64,000 nt of DNA, taken from assembly GCA_903821745.1 (NCBI GenBank), contig CAIJMI010000005.1:57051-121050 (forward strand), written 5' to 3'. The position numbers and the translations under genes were made by a program. The notes beneath the pieces were generated by a model. It was given only the letters and a program-made list of their open reading frames with translations. It had not been told where the DNA came from and did no database searches. The stretch is from Candidatus Gottesmanbacteria bacterium. Lineage in GTDB: Bacteria > Patescibacteriota > Microgenomatia > UBA10105 > UBA927. Below, piece by piece: positions 40,999 to 49,229 of this stretch (position 1 is its first letter; every line of letters starts with the position of its first letter).

Positions 40999-42351
40999 AT
41001 GAGTCTTTTACGACGGGGACGGTTTTTGTTTTGGGCCGTTCGGGAACTTGCAAAAAAATACACGCGGTCACTGGTTATTGGTATCATCCTAGGATTTGGG
41101 ATTATGTTTGCTTTGTGGAAAATTTTCCCCCTTATTCGTTCTTCAGAGCTCTCCGCTACTCGCCGCATTGGGTATGTTGGTGAATACTCACCAAGCAATC
41201 TTCCTCTTGAGATTCAAAAACAAATGAGCTTCGGCCTCACAAATATTGCAAAAAATGGAGCTGCAATAAAGGGATTGGCAACAGCATGGGAATCAACAGA
41301 TAGCGGAAAGCTGTATACATTTCATTTAGATCCGCTTGTCACCTGGCATACAGGAAAACCAGTCGTAGCCTCAGATATTAACTACAATATTAACAATGTG
41401 ACATTTCAGGCACTTGATGATCATACATTACAAGTCAAACTACCAAACCCATTCAGTGTTTTTACTGTTCTGGTTTCCAAACCTATTTTTTCAAAAAATC
41501 TGACTGGTTTTGGACAATATAAAGTATCAACACTTAGATTAAAAGGGGGAACCATTACCTTTCTTCGGTTAGTAGCAGCAGGTACTACTCCTTTACCGAC
41601 CCTGGAATACCGTTTCTATCGTTCAGAAGACCAAGCAATGTTGGCATATAAGCTGGGAGAAATTGACGAACTTGCTGATATCAGTAGCATTGATCCAACA
41701 CTTGAAAAATGGAGGAATACCCGCATTCAAAAAACCTATAACAAAAATAGAATTATTACCCTGTATTTTAATATGAAAGATCCTCTCATGAAAGATAAGC
41801 AAATTCGGCAAATGCTTGCCTATTCCATTCCAGACCTTGGGTTTACCCACGCGTATTCTCCAATTGCGCCCACCTCATGGGCATACACCGATGAAGTAAA
41901 ACATTATGATCCTGACATGAAACAGGCAAAAGCATTATTTACTGCCGCCAAAATGGGTACATCGTCAGCAGAAATAACCATTACGACATTTTCCCAATAC
42001 CTGGGAGTTGCACAGGAAATGGTAAAAAGCTGGCAAAGTCTGGGTTTGAAAGTAAATATACGGACTGCAAATACCATTAATGAACCATATCAAATTCTTC
42101 TTTCAGCTCAGGACATTCCAACGGACCCTGACCAGTATGTTTATTGGCATTCGACACAGGGAGCTACAAATATATCAGGTATTGCGAATGCAAAAATTGA
42201 TAAACTTCTTGAAGATGGTCGAATAGAACAAAATACCGATACGCGAACAAAACTGTACGTGGATTTTCAAAAACGATTGGTTGAAGAGCTTCCAGTTGTA
42301 TTTCTCTATTATCCGACAGTCTATTCAATGATGCGGTCTTCAGGTCAATAA
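40999..42351 (+). CDS. membrane-anchored solute-binding protein, family 5 (Opp/Dpp-like) candidate
   Basis: N-terminal TM anchor, ~430-aa periplasmic-type domain with family-5 SBP-like blocks (...YTFHLDPLVTWHTGKPV... and ...DPDQYVYWHS...). No adjacent permease or ATPase genes. Confidence 0.45.
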   Translation: MSLLRRGRFLFWAVRELAKKYTRSLVIGIILGFGIMFALWKIFPLIRSSELSATRRIGYVGEYSPSNLPLEIQKQMSFGLTNIAKNGAAIKGLATAWESTDSGKLYTFHLDPLVTWHTGKPVVASDINYNINNVTFQALDDHTLQVKLPNPFSVFTVLVSKPIFSKNLTGFGQYKVSTLRLKGGTITFLRLVAAGTTPLPTLEYRFYRSEDQAMLAYKLGEIDELADISSIDPTLEKWRNTRIQKTYNKNRIITLYFNMKDPLMKDKQIRQMLAYSIPDLGFTHAYSPIAPTSWAYTDEVKHYDPDMKQAKALFTAAKMGTSSAEITITTFSQYLGVAQEMVKSWQSLGLKVNIRTANTINEPYQILLSAQDIPTDPDQYVYWHSTQGATNISGIANAKIDKLLEDGRIEQNTDTRTKLYVDFQKRLVEELPVVFLYYPTVYSMMRSSGQ

Positions 42352-42356
42352 AATTT

Positions 42357-42911
42357 TTATAACGTTATTATATTATTAAGCACCTTGCCAAAGGCTAAGG
42401 AAATAAAATTAACAACTACTGATTCAGGTTTTTGATAAGGTAAAGCAAACAATTCAACAACAAGCGCCTGCTCTATCCCATCTTTTTGATAATAAATGAC
42501 TGCTATACCAGTTTCTGTATATGTTTTCGATAACATAACATTTTTATGTTTTGGCGAATTGAGCCACCCTTGAATAACACCATTCACACTTTGATAGTCT
42601 TTAGCAAGATTCTCCCCAGCTTTCGTATAGTGATATCCAGTTCGCTGTATGAATGTCCATCCAGTATCATTTGTTTTTGGATTTATATGCGCCCAATATT
42701 CATTATTTTTCATGTCTTCAGCTTTCAATCTTGCGGCTACAATAAGCTTCTCATTCATCATAAGTGAAGGTAATCCATTTTGCTCTCTAACAGTATTGAC
42801 TGAATAAAGAAGTGCATCTGAAGTAATATCGGACGGGGCAGCCCAAATAGGAGTTGCACAACAAAATGCCATAACCAACACAATCACCAATAACTGCACA
42901 GCTTTGAACAT
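42357..42911 (-). CDS. secreted CAP/SCP/PR-1-like domain protein
   Basis: Signal peptide followed by CAP-domain blocks (...VNTVREQNGLPSL..., ...HYTQ(K)AGENLA..., ...GWLNSPKHKNVML...). Confidence 0.7.
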   Translation of the reverse strand: MFKAVQLLVIVLVMAFCCATPIWAAPSDITSDALLYSVNTVREQNGLPSLMMNEKLIVAARLKAEDMKNNEYWAHINPKTNDTGWTFIQRTGYHYTKAGENLAKDYQSVNGVIQGWLNSPKHKNVMLSKTYTETGIAVIYYQKDGIEQALVVELFALPYQKPESVVVNFISLAFGKVLNNIITL

Positions 42912-43006
42912 AGCTGTAGCGTACTATGGGTTTAATTAAGGATCTTGATAAGATATCTGACATAAATTTGTCAAAATAGTATTTTTCTGGTATACTTCAA
43001 AACTAT

Positions 43007-44224
43007 ATGTCTGGTTTAGCCCAATCTGTCGTTACAAATCAATATGAGCAAGCGGCGCAATCCTGGAAGGCAATGCTTGATATCGGGGATAATCTTTCAA
43101 TTCTATTTTTTCCATATTCAGACCGCGTCCGAAGAATCGAGCAATTCATTTCAGAAAATAAAAAATCACAAAAGGATGAATATCATCGAATATTTTTACA
43201 GATAGATCCACTTCTGCTTAATATTGAAGAAAAAAGTGATTTAATGGATAACATAATCAAGAAGCTAGAAAATAAAAAAATAATCCATAAAAAAGATTCT
43301 TTTGAAGCAGTAATAAAACAACTTGCTGTTAAAAAAATACAAATCGTACTTATAGTACTAACCGCCGACAGTCTTTTACTACAAAGCACTAAATTTTTTC
43401 TTGCCGCTCTTCATGAAATACTATATGAAAATAATCCGTTTATTGTCAGCGTGTGCTGTTTTGAAGTCGACATAACACACCCGCAATATGCTGCAATATT
43501 TCGTCAATACCCACAGTTATTACATAGTATTTTTTACTATCCTTTATACGATAAAAAAGACACGGAGCATTTTATTAAATATGTTGCAAAAAAATGGAAC
43601 GTTGCAATGACGCATCCACAAATTGATCACCTGATAGCAACCTGTGGCGGTAAATGGTGGTTTATTAAAGACGCGGTACGGCAACTTCGATTACAAAAAA
43701 GTTGGAATGAAGATACTGATGGAATGGTATACCGAAAAAACATGGTTATTCAATCTCTATTGTCGTCTGAACGAAGCGTTCTTTTAAAACTATTGACTGG
43801 AAGAAAAATATTTAACGAAGAGGAACAACATAGCATAAATCACCTAATAAAATTACGACTTATTAGTGATGACAATCACCTTCTTGTACCAATTTTAAGA
43901 AAACCTCTTCTTGCAAGTGTGCGATCTGACCATGCATTAACATATGAAAACAATATGGTCTATCTCAATCAAGTACCAATCGGAAGTTTTTTTTCAAGAA
44001 AAGAAATCAGGGCCTTAAAAATACTGGTTTCTCAACCAGGAACAATAATCTCCCGAGAAACGTTAGCGCAAGCAATTTGGCCAGCAAATACAAATGCAAA
44101 TTATTCTGATTGGGCAATTGATCAAATAATTGCGCGCGTGCGAAAACGATTACCAGAATTTGAAATTCCACCTGCCTCCATTAAGTCCATCCGCGGAAAA
44201 GGATATATGTATATTCAACTGTAA
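43007..44224 (+). CDS. hypothetical protein with C-terminal OmpR/PhoB-type winged-helix DNA-binding domain (trans_reg_C) and a ~300-aa uncharacterised N-terminal region
   Basis: The C-terminal ~95 aa (...FSRKEIRALKILVSQPGTIISRETLAQAIWPANTNANYSDWAIDQIIARVRKRL....IKSIRGKGYMYI) match the trans_reg_C wHTH pattern. The N-terminal part has no clear receiver-domain aspartate or other known motif. The gene is AT-rich. Confidence 0.55.
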   Translation: MSGLAQSVVTNQYEQAAQSWKAMLDIGDNLSILFFPYSDRVRRIEQFISENKKSQKDEYHRIFLQIDPLLLNIEEKSDLMDNIIKKLENKKIIHKKDSFEAVIKQLAVKKIQIVLIVLTADSLLLQSTKFFLAALHEILYENNPFIVSVCCFEVDITHPQYAAIFRQYPQLLHSIFYYPLYDKKDTEHFIKYVAKKWNVAMTHPQIDHLIATCGGKWWFIKDAVRQLRLQKSWNEDTDGMVYRKNMVIQSLLSSERSVLLKLLTGRKIFNEEEQHSINHLIKLRLISDDNHLLVPILRKPLLASVRSDHALTYENNMVYLNQVPIGSFFSRKEIRALKILVSQPGTIISRETLAQAIWPANTNANYSDWAIDQIIARVRKRLPEFEIPPASIKSIRGKGYMYIQL

Positions 44225-44228
44225 AACT

Positions 44229-46154
44229 ATGGTAAATCCTGAGATATTCCGAAATCCTGAACCCGACCTTATCTATCAAAGATCGTTGTTTGATGACACA
44301 GAAAGTTTTCTGGTGCGTTCTGAAAATCCCATCTATACGAAATCGCTTCTGTATTCCATAGACGAGGAAATAAAACTTCTTGCACGTTACCCTGATAAAA
44401 CAAATGCAGGCTTTATGCTGGTGGGGAGTCTTGCAAGATATCTATCGGGTCATGGCGATATTGATACCAACTGGAAAATACGAAAAAAAGCCGACAATAT
44501 GAAATATTTTATAAATAATCCCACACATATGCTTGATTTTGCGCGAATATCGGGACCCGATCAAGATATGGATACCACATTCGTATTTAATGACGCGGGC
44601 TCTCTTGAGAGTTTATACGCATATATCAAAGCAAATGTAGGCGATGCAGTAGAAAATATAACATATGAGACGTCGACAAATGGCGTACCTATCCAAACCA
44701 CGTACCTCGACTTCATTGATAAACACAATACAAAAATACACTTAGAATACGGTCCAATCTGCACAAATCCTAATGTTATACACATGACCATGGGATTTTT
44801 TAATGACAAAGAGAGAGTGTTCCATATAGACATCGCTGAATATCCCAAGGACGGCATCCAAGCAGAAAACCAAAATCGACTTGGAGGAAATACCATACTC
44901 GCGCAGGATGTCCGTCTTCCAATTTATGTGAATGGCAATGACGAAACCATGTATACACTTGATTTGAATAAAAGGAATAGCCTTTTTTTCAAAGAACGTA
45001 TAAATATTGATGAAAAACCAATAGATGCAGTAATGGAACTTGCAATCCGCGCGTTACGAATACATTTAATTCACTCAGACCAATTATTTTATGATTCGTC
45101 GTTCACATCATTAACTCCACTGTTTTTTACAAAGGGTAATGGTAACCTATTTGATCTTCGAAAAGGTATTCAAGGTTTTATACGAGCTGGGGAAAAACTA
45201 AGAAAAGAAAAGAATGAATTATTAAAAACAGAACTTCTTATTTGTATGGCCTATGATCCGTATGAAACCGCAAAATTTTTGCATGACACGGGATTATATC
45301 TTCTTTTTCCTGGCCTTCGTACCTTTACTCATGCAGATTGGAAACGTTTATATACATCCAACGCATTTACATTTTTACGGGATGGTACTCCAATAATAAA
45401 TAAAGATGTAAGGTCAATTGAAAATGTACAGTATTCGCATGAATATTTTCAACGCGTAAGGTGGAATAGAAATGTTAATGGCATAAAAATGTTCATTCGC
45501 GCGTTCGGTGAGGTCATGAAAACAAAAATAACTGATCTTGATATAAATAACTATGACCAAATGTACACCCTCTTGTTTACAACGGAATCAACTGCACCTA
45601 GATTCCATAGACAATTTACAAATCTTCCAAATGCACTAATAGATGCACTAAAAACATACCCAAGCGGTGTAACAGAACGTGAAATACAAGAATACGTACA
45701 AAGTATAATAAAACAAAAAATAACGCGCGAAGAATTTCAAGTAGCGTTATTTACATTAAAACAAAAAGGATATATTGACCGTCATAATCGATGGGTTAAT
45801 AGCAATACAAAAGTCGTATTTTATACCCCTCGCTTAAACAAAAATGGACATCTCGATACTACAACAATATCACTCAGACATCTTGAAATAAAAAGAGCTA
45901 TTGCAAATATTCAGGTACCTAACGGCAATGAAACAAAAATGCAAATCTTAGAAGAAATTCTTCAACTCCTCCCTTGCACATCTGTTGAATCCTTTCGTGC
46001 ACTTCGAGAAAATGAACGAAATTTACTAGTAAATCTTATGGAAGAAGAACTAAAAAAACGAAATGATATAACATTCGCAAATGAAGATTTAAAGATATTT
46101 ATAAGTGAAGTACAGCGAGCGTGTATAAATTTCAGCCGCAAAAGAGGTCTGTAA
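44229..46154 (+). CDS. large hypothetical protein (641 aa) with N-terminal Pol-beta/minimal-nucleotidyltransferase-like motif
   Basis: The start is 4 nt after the upstream stop. Residues 60-80, ...AGFMLVGSLARYLSGHGDIDTNWKI..., fit the hG[GS]-x9-13-Dh[DE]h nucleotidyltransferase signature (the MNT consensus GS.AR.....SDIDL). A candidate third acidic residue is in TTFVFNDAG. The ~500-aa remainder has no recognisable motif. Confidence 0.5.
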   Translation: MVNPEIFRNPEPDLIYQRSLFDDTESFLVRSENPIYTKSLLYSIDEEIKLLARYPDKTNAGFMLVGSLARYLSGHGDIDTNWKIRKKADNMKYFINNPTHMLDFARISGPDQDMDTTFVFNDAGSLESLYAYIKANVGDAVENITYETSTNGVPIQTTYLDFIDKHNTKIHLEYGPICTNPNVIHMTMGFFNDKERVFHIDIAEYPKDGIQAENQNRLGGNTILAQDVRLPIYVNGNDETMYTLDLNKRNSLFFKERINIDEKPIDAVMELAIRALRIHLIHSDQLFYDSSFTSLTPLFFTKGNGNLFDLRKGIQGFIRAGEKLRKEKNELLKTELLICMAYDPYETAKFLHDTGLYLLFPGLRTFTHADWKRLYTSNAFTFLRDGTPIINKDVRSIENVQYSHEYFQRVRWNRNVNGIKMFIRAFGEVMKTKITDLDINNYDQMYTLLFTTESTAPRFHRQFTNLPNALIDALKTYPSGVTEREIQEYVQSIIKQKITREEFQVALFTLKQKGYIDRHNRWVNSNTKVVFYTPRLNKNGHLDTTTISLRHLEIKRAIANIQVPNGNETKMQILEEILQLLPCTSVESFRALRENERNLLVNLMEEELKKRNDITFANEDLKIFISEVQRACINFSRKRGL

Positions 46155-46160
46155 CATATG

Positions 46161-46232
46161 CTGCCGGGCTAGGGATCGGACCTAGGAACTTCTGCTCCAA
46201 AGGCAGACGTGTTACCACTACACCACCCGGCA
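46161..46232 (-). tRNA. tRNA-Gln (anticodon TTG)
   Basis: The reverse complement TGCCGGGTGGTGTAGTGGTAACACGTCTGCCTTTGGAGCAGAAGTTCCTAGGTCCGATCCCTAGCCCGGCAG has a U1-A72 acceptor pair (Gln-typical), anticodon loop CTTTGGA and T-loop TCCGATC. Confidence 0.8.
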
Positions 46233-46238
46233 ACATTT

Positions 46239-46313
46239 TGGAGCGGCGGAAGGGATTTGAACCCTCGACCTCTTCCTTGGCAAGGAAGCATTCTACCACT
46301 GAACTACCGCCGC
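46239..46313 (-). tRNA. tRNA-Gly (anticodon GCC), CCA encoded
   Basis: The reverse complement GCGGCGGTAGTTCAGTGGTAGAATGCTTCCTTGCCAAGGAAGAGGTCGAGGGTTCAAATCCCTTCCGCCGCTCCA has anticodon loop TTGCCAA. Confidence 0.85.
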
Positions 46314-46468
46314 ACTGTTTATTTTCGTTAACAGTGCCGAGACTAGGAATTGCACCCAGATAACTTGTTTTTCAGACAAGCGCCTTGACTACCTCGGCCA
46401 TCTCGGCAAAGAAAACAGTCTTTATTATAGAATGTCTGTCTGTATCTGCCAATATCTGAAAAAAGATT

Positions 46469-47548
46469 TCACCTTCCACCGACCAGAAAGACAAAAAGTT
46501 TTGAGGTAAACCTCCGGAGTAAAAATCCAAGTCCAATGGTAATACACAGGGTAACGACAATTGACCCGCAATATAGTATAAATAAAGCGTTTTCGCTTCG
46601 TCCAACAAAATCTACACCGATGCGTTTAACAAGTTCAAGAAGCGGCTCGTGACTGACAAAGATAAAAAAGGTAAACGGAGTTAACAGGGAAATGGTTGAT
46701 AGACACCTTAACTTAGCTATCATGTCATAACCAAACCATAGTGCGCAAATGCCTACAGCAATCGTCATATTATCGAGCTGCCGCAGTGTCAACCACAATG
46801 ATGGAAATATACCAAATGCAACACAGGTTTTTGAAACGATTAATATAATCCAACAAAGAAACGCAAATATGCCCATTTGTTTAGCATTTTCAGATGGCAA
46901 GTAAACACGTGAAATCGCGACATATGCGCCAAGCAGGTAAAAAAATCCGCCCCTGTATAAAAAAGAAAATACCGGTGGGAGAGGTATGGAAAATATCCAC
47001 AAAATAAATAAAGGAACAACAAGACCAACTGAAGTAAACTTCAATACAATATAAAAAAGAGGGGCAAGTAGAGTATACAGTATAAGGTCAGCCAAAAACC
47101 ACAAAGGAAACGTAACACCGTGGTGAAGAATCGATTGCACATAATAAGAAAATGGCTGGCCAATAACACGGCCGGTATACAAAGAAGAAAAATAGTTAGT
47201 TAATTCCGGAAAAGATTGTAGAATGAAAATAAATCCTAAACCAAGCGCGCTCCAAACCACATATGGAACGAAAAGGGAATGTGTGCGAGAACGAATTTTG
47301 AAAAAATATCGTGAGAGCGTAAAATTTCTAAAAAACAAATACCCGGAAAGCAAAAAAAACAATGCAACGGCAATGCGCGAAACGCCGTAACCTACAACAT
47401 ATTGAAAAATAGTATTCCAGGTAGCTTTTCCGAAAAATGAAGAATTGGGATCGATATAGCCGGTAAAATTAATCGCATGTTGAAGCAAAACAAAAAATAT
47501 TGCGATAAATGAAACAATTTTAATTTTTTGACTCAGATAGTCTGTCAT
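46469..47548 (-). CDS. acyltransferase family 3 (OafA/YrhL-like) integral membrane protein
   Basis: Ten or more predicted TM helices; the N-terminus ...IVSFIAIFFVLLQHAIN... with a conserved His, and the general architecture of acyltransferase_3. Confidence 0.65.
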   Translation of the reverse strand: MTDYLSQKIKIVSFIAIFFVLLQHAINFTGYIDPNSSFFGKATWNTIFQYVVGYGVSRIAVALFFLLSGYLFFRNFTLSRYFFKIRSRTHSLFVPYVVWSALGLGFIFILQSFPELTNYFSSLYTGRVIGQPFSYYVQSILHHGVTFPLWFLADLILYTLLAPLFYIVLKFTSVGLVVPLFILWIFSIPLPPVFSFLYRGGFFYLLGAYVAISRVYLPSENAKQMGIFAFLCWIILIVSKTCVAFGIFPSLWLTLRQLDNMTIAVGICALWFGYDMIAKLRCLSTISLLTPFTFFIFVSHEPLLELVKRIGVDFVGRSENALFILYCGSIVVTLCITIGLGFLLRRFTSKLFVFLVGGR

Positions 47549-47557
47549 AAAAAACAG

Positions 47558-47629
47558 TGGACGATAAGGGACTCGAACCCCTAACCCCTTCGATGTAAAC
47601 GAAGTGCTCTACCATTGAGCTAATCGTCC
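47558..47629 (-). tRNA. tRNA-Val (anticodon TAC)
   Basis: The reverse complement GGACGATTAGCTCAATGGTAGAGCACTTCGTTTACATCGAAGGGGTTAGGGGTTCGAGTCCCTTATCGTCCA has anticodon loop TTTACAT. Confidence 0.85.
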
Positions 47630-47681
47630 GTTAGGTTCAATTATACAGGAGTAGTTACACGGTAGGCAATGCACCACCACA

Positions 47682-48425
47682 TTAATACGGTTTATATTTT
47701 CCAGAGGAATTTTTACACCGGTTATTTTTTTCGTCACATTTATCTTGACACGTTGCGTCGTTTGGAAAAACAAATGGACATAAACTACGATCGGGATCAT
47801 CAAAAACCTCACAGTATCCAATTTGACCACCACCCGGAGCACAAACGTACCGTAAATACGCAGGACTTGGCTCAGGAGTTGGCGTTAAAACTGGAGTAGC
47901 TATTGGTACAGTTGGAAGTGTAGGCTCCGCAATTGGTGTAACAGTAGGCGTTAATGTTGGTGGAACTGCTTCTGTCGGAATAGGTGTAATACGCGGTCCC
48001 GACCATATACATGAAGTAATTGAGATATTGGAGCTTGCAACACCAAAATTATACGCACATTCTGGTCCGCACCCCTGAGAACACCCAACAAGGGGAATGG
48101 ACAAATCATTATTTCTCTCTAACTTTGTATAAATTTTGTACCATTGGTATCCTGTTAATGAATCAGTCAAATATACATAAGGTTCATGGGTCATTGGATC
48201 ACAAGGAAAGGAATCCAGAAGTACTCGATCATTTAACATAAATGGTTCATTGCATGATGGAATGGTAGAGGGATACGCAGAAGCAGCATCGTAATAGTAT
48301 TCCATAACCAATTCCAAATTTTTTAAATCCTTTTTACGCTGTAAATCGTGAGCCTGAGAAAAATACGAAGTTGCACCAAAATATGCACCGGGCGCAACAA
48401 CGCCGATAATCGTAATAATAACCAA
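47682..48425 (-). CDS. type IV pilin-like protein with extended Pro/Thr-rich and Cys-rich C-terminal region; N-terminal coding extends upstream to ~48466+ but lacks a canonical start codon
   Basis: The minus-strand frame upstream of the tracked ORF encodes ...KKKHNLA|FSLIELLVIITIIGVVAPGAYFG..., a class-III (prepilin) signal with Glu+5. Between the in-frame stop (~48495) and this motif there is no ATG, GTG or TTG; the ORF track starts at a TTG inside the hydrophobic helix. The C-terminal half is P/T-rich (...TPIPTEAVPPTLTPTVTPIAEPTLPTVP...) followed by Cys-rich motifs. Confidence 0.6.
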   Translation of the reverse strand: MVIITIIGVVAPGAYFGATSYFSQAHDLQRKKDLKNLELVMEYYYDAASAYPSTIPSCNEPFMLNDRVLLDSFPCDPMTHEPYVYLTDSLTGYQWYKIYTKLERNNDLSIPLVGCSQGCGPECAYNFGVASSNISITSCIWSGPRITPIPTEAVPPTLTPTVTPIAEPTLPTVPIATPVLTPTPEPSPAYLRYVCAPGGGQIGYCEVFDDPDRSLCPFVFPNDATCQDKCDEKNNRCKNSSGKYKPY

Positions 48426-48518
48426 TAGTTCAATAAGGGAAAATGCTAAATTATGTTTCTTCTTGAAGTGTTGTATTATTTTTTTCGTATATATTTACTA
48501 TACAACAAAACTATTTTG

Positions 48519-48600
48519 TGCGGACGAGAGGACTTGAACCTCCATGCCTTGCGGCACAGCCTCCTCAAGACTGCGCGTATACCAATTCCGCCACGTCCGC
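48519..48600 (-). tRNA. tRNA-Leu (anticodon GAG), long variable arm
   Basis: The reverse complement GCGGACGTGGCGGAATTGGTATACGCGCAGTCTTGAGGAGGCTGTGCCGCAAGGCATGGAGGTTCAAGTCCTCTCGTCCGCA has anticodon loop TTGAGGA. Confidence 0.85.
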
Positions 48601-48673
48601 ATGAGAAATGTATTGTCTATTGTACTAGATAACTTTCATTGCGTAAATATTAGGTTCGTGTGATAATATCGGC

Positions 48674-49228
48674 ATGAAATCCAACCTCAATACAATTACT
48701 AAAGGCGTTTCATACCTATTAACCGGCCTTGGTATCGATTGGAAACACGATAAAAATTTTATCGAAACACCAAAACGAGTTGCCCGAGCGATGGTGGAAT
48801 TAAACGACGGCTTATATAATCCTTATGAACGGTTTACTTCATTTCCCAGTACGTATAACGGCATTATTTTCTTTAAAAGCATTAAGGCAACCGCACTGTG
48901 TCCCCACCATCTTATGCCAATTGAATACGATATTTCATTTGCGTACATTCCAAATGGAACGGTTTTGGGATTGTCAAAAATTCCACGTATTATCAAAAAT
49001 TTATGTCAACGGCCGGTCTTGCAGGAAGATTTGACAAATGACATCGTCAAAAAATTTGCTGATAAGCTCCAACCGAAAGGAATTGCAATTGAAGTTCGGG
49101 GCATTCATGGGTGTATGAAATTTCGAGGAATTCAAGAAGCTGAAATTGTAAAAACCGCGCAGCTTTATGGATTGTTTTTAACGGCTCCGCAAACGAGAGA
49201 GGAATTTTATAATCTCATCACAAAATAA
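48674..49228 (+). CDS. folE: GTP cyclohydrolase I
   Basis: ...ALCPHHLMPIEYDISFAYIPNGTVLGLSKIPRII..... is the FolE zinc/active-site region; 184 aa. Confidence 0.8.
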   Translation: MKSNLNTITKGVSYLLTGLGIDWKHDKNFIETPKRVARAMVELNDGLYNPYERFTSFPSTYNGIIFFKSIKATALCPHHLMPIEYDISFAYIPNGTVLGLSKIPRIIKNLCQRPVLQEDLTNDIVKKFADKLQPKGIAIEVRGIHGCMKFRGIQEAEIVKTAQLYGLFLTAPQTREEFYNLITK

Positions 49229-49229
49229 C

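Noticed and set aside
46314-46468. Rho-independent terminator downstream of the acyltransferase gene (hairpin CTTGTCTGAAAAACAAG on the minus strand)
   Set aside because: The stem is only 5 bp with a 7-nt loop and is not followed by a T-run. It is too weak to call.
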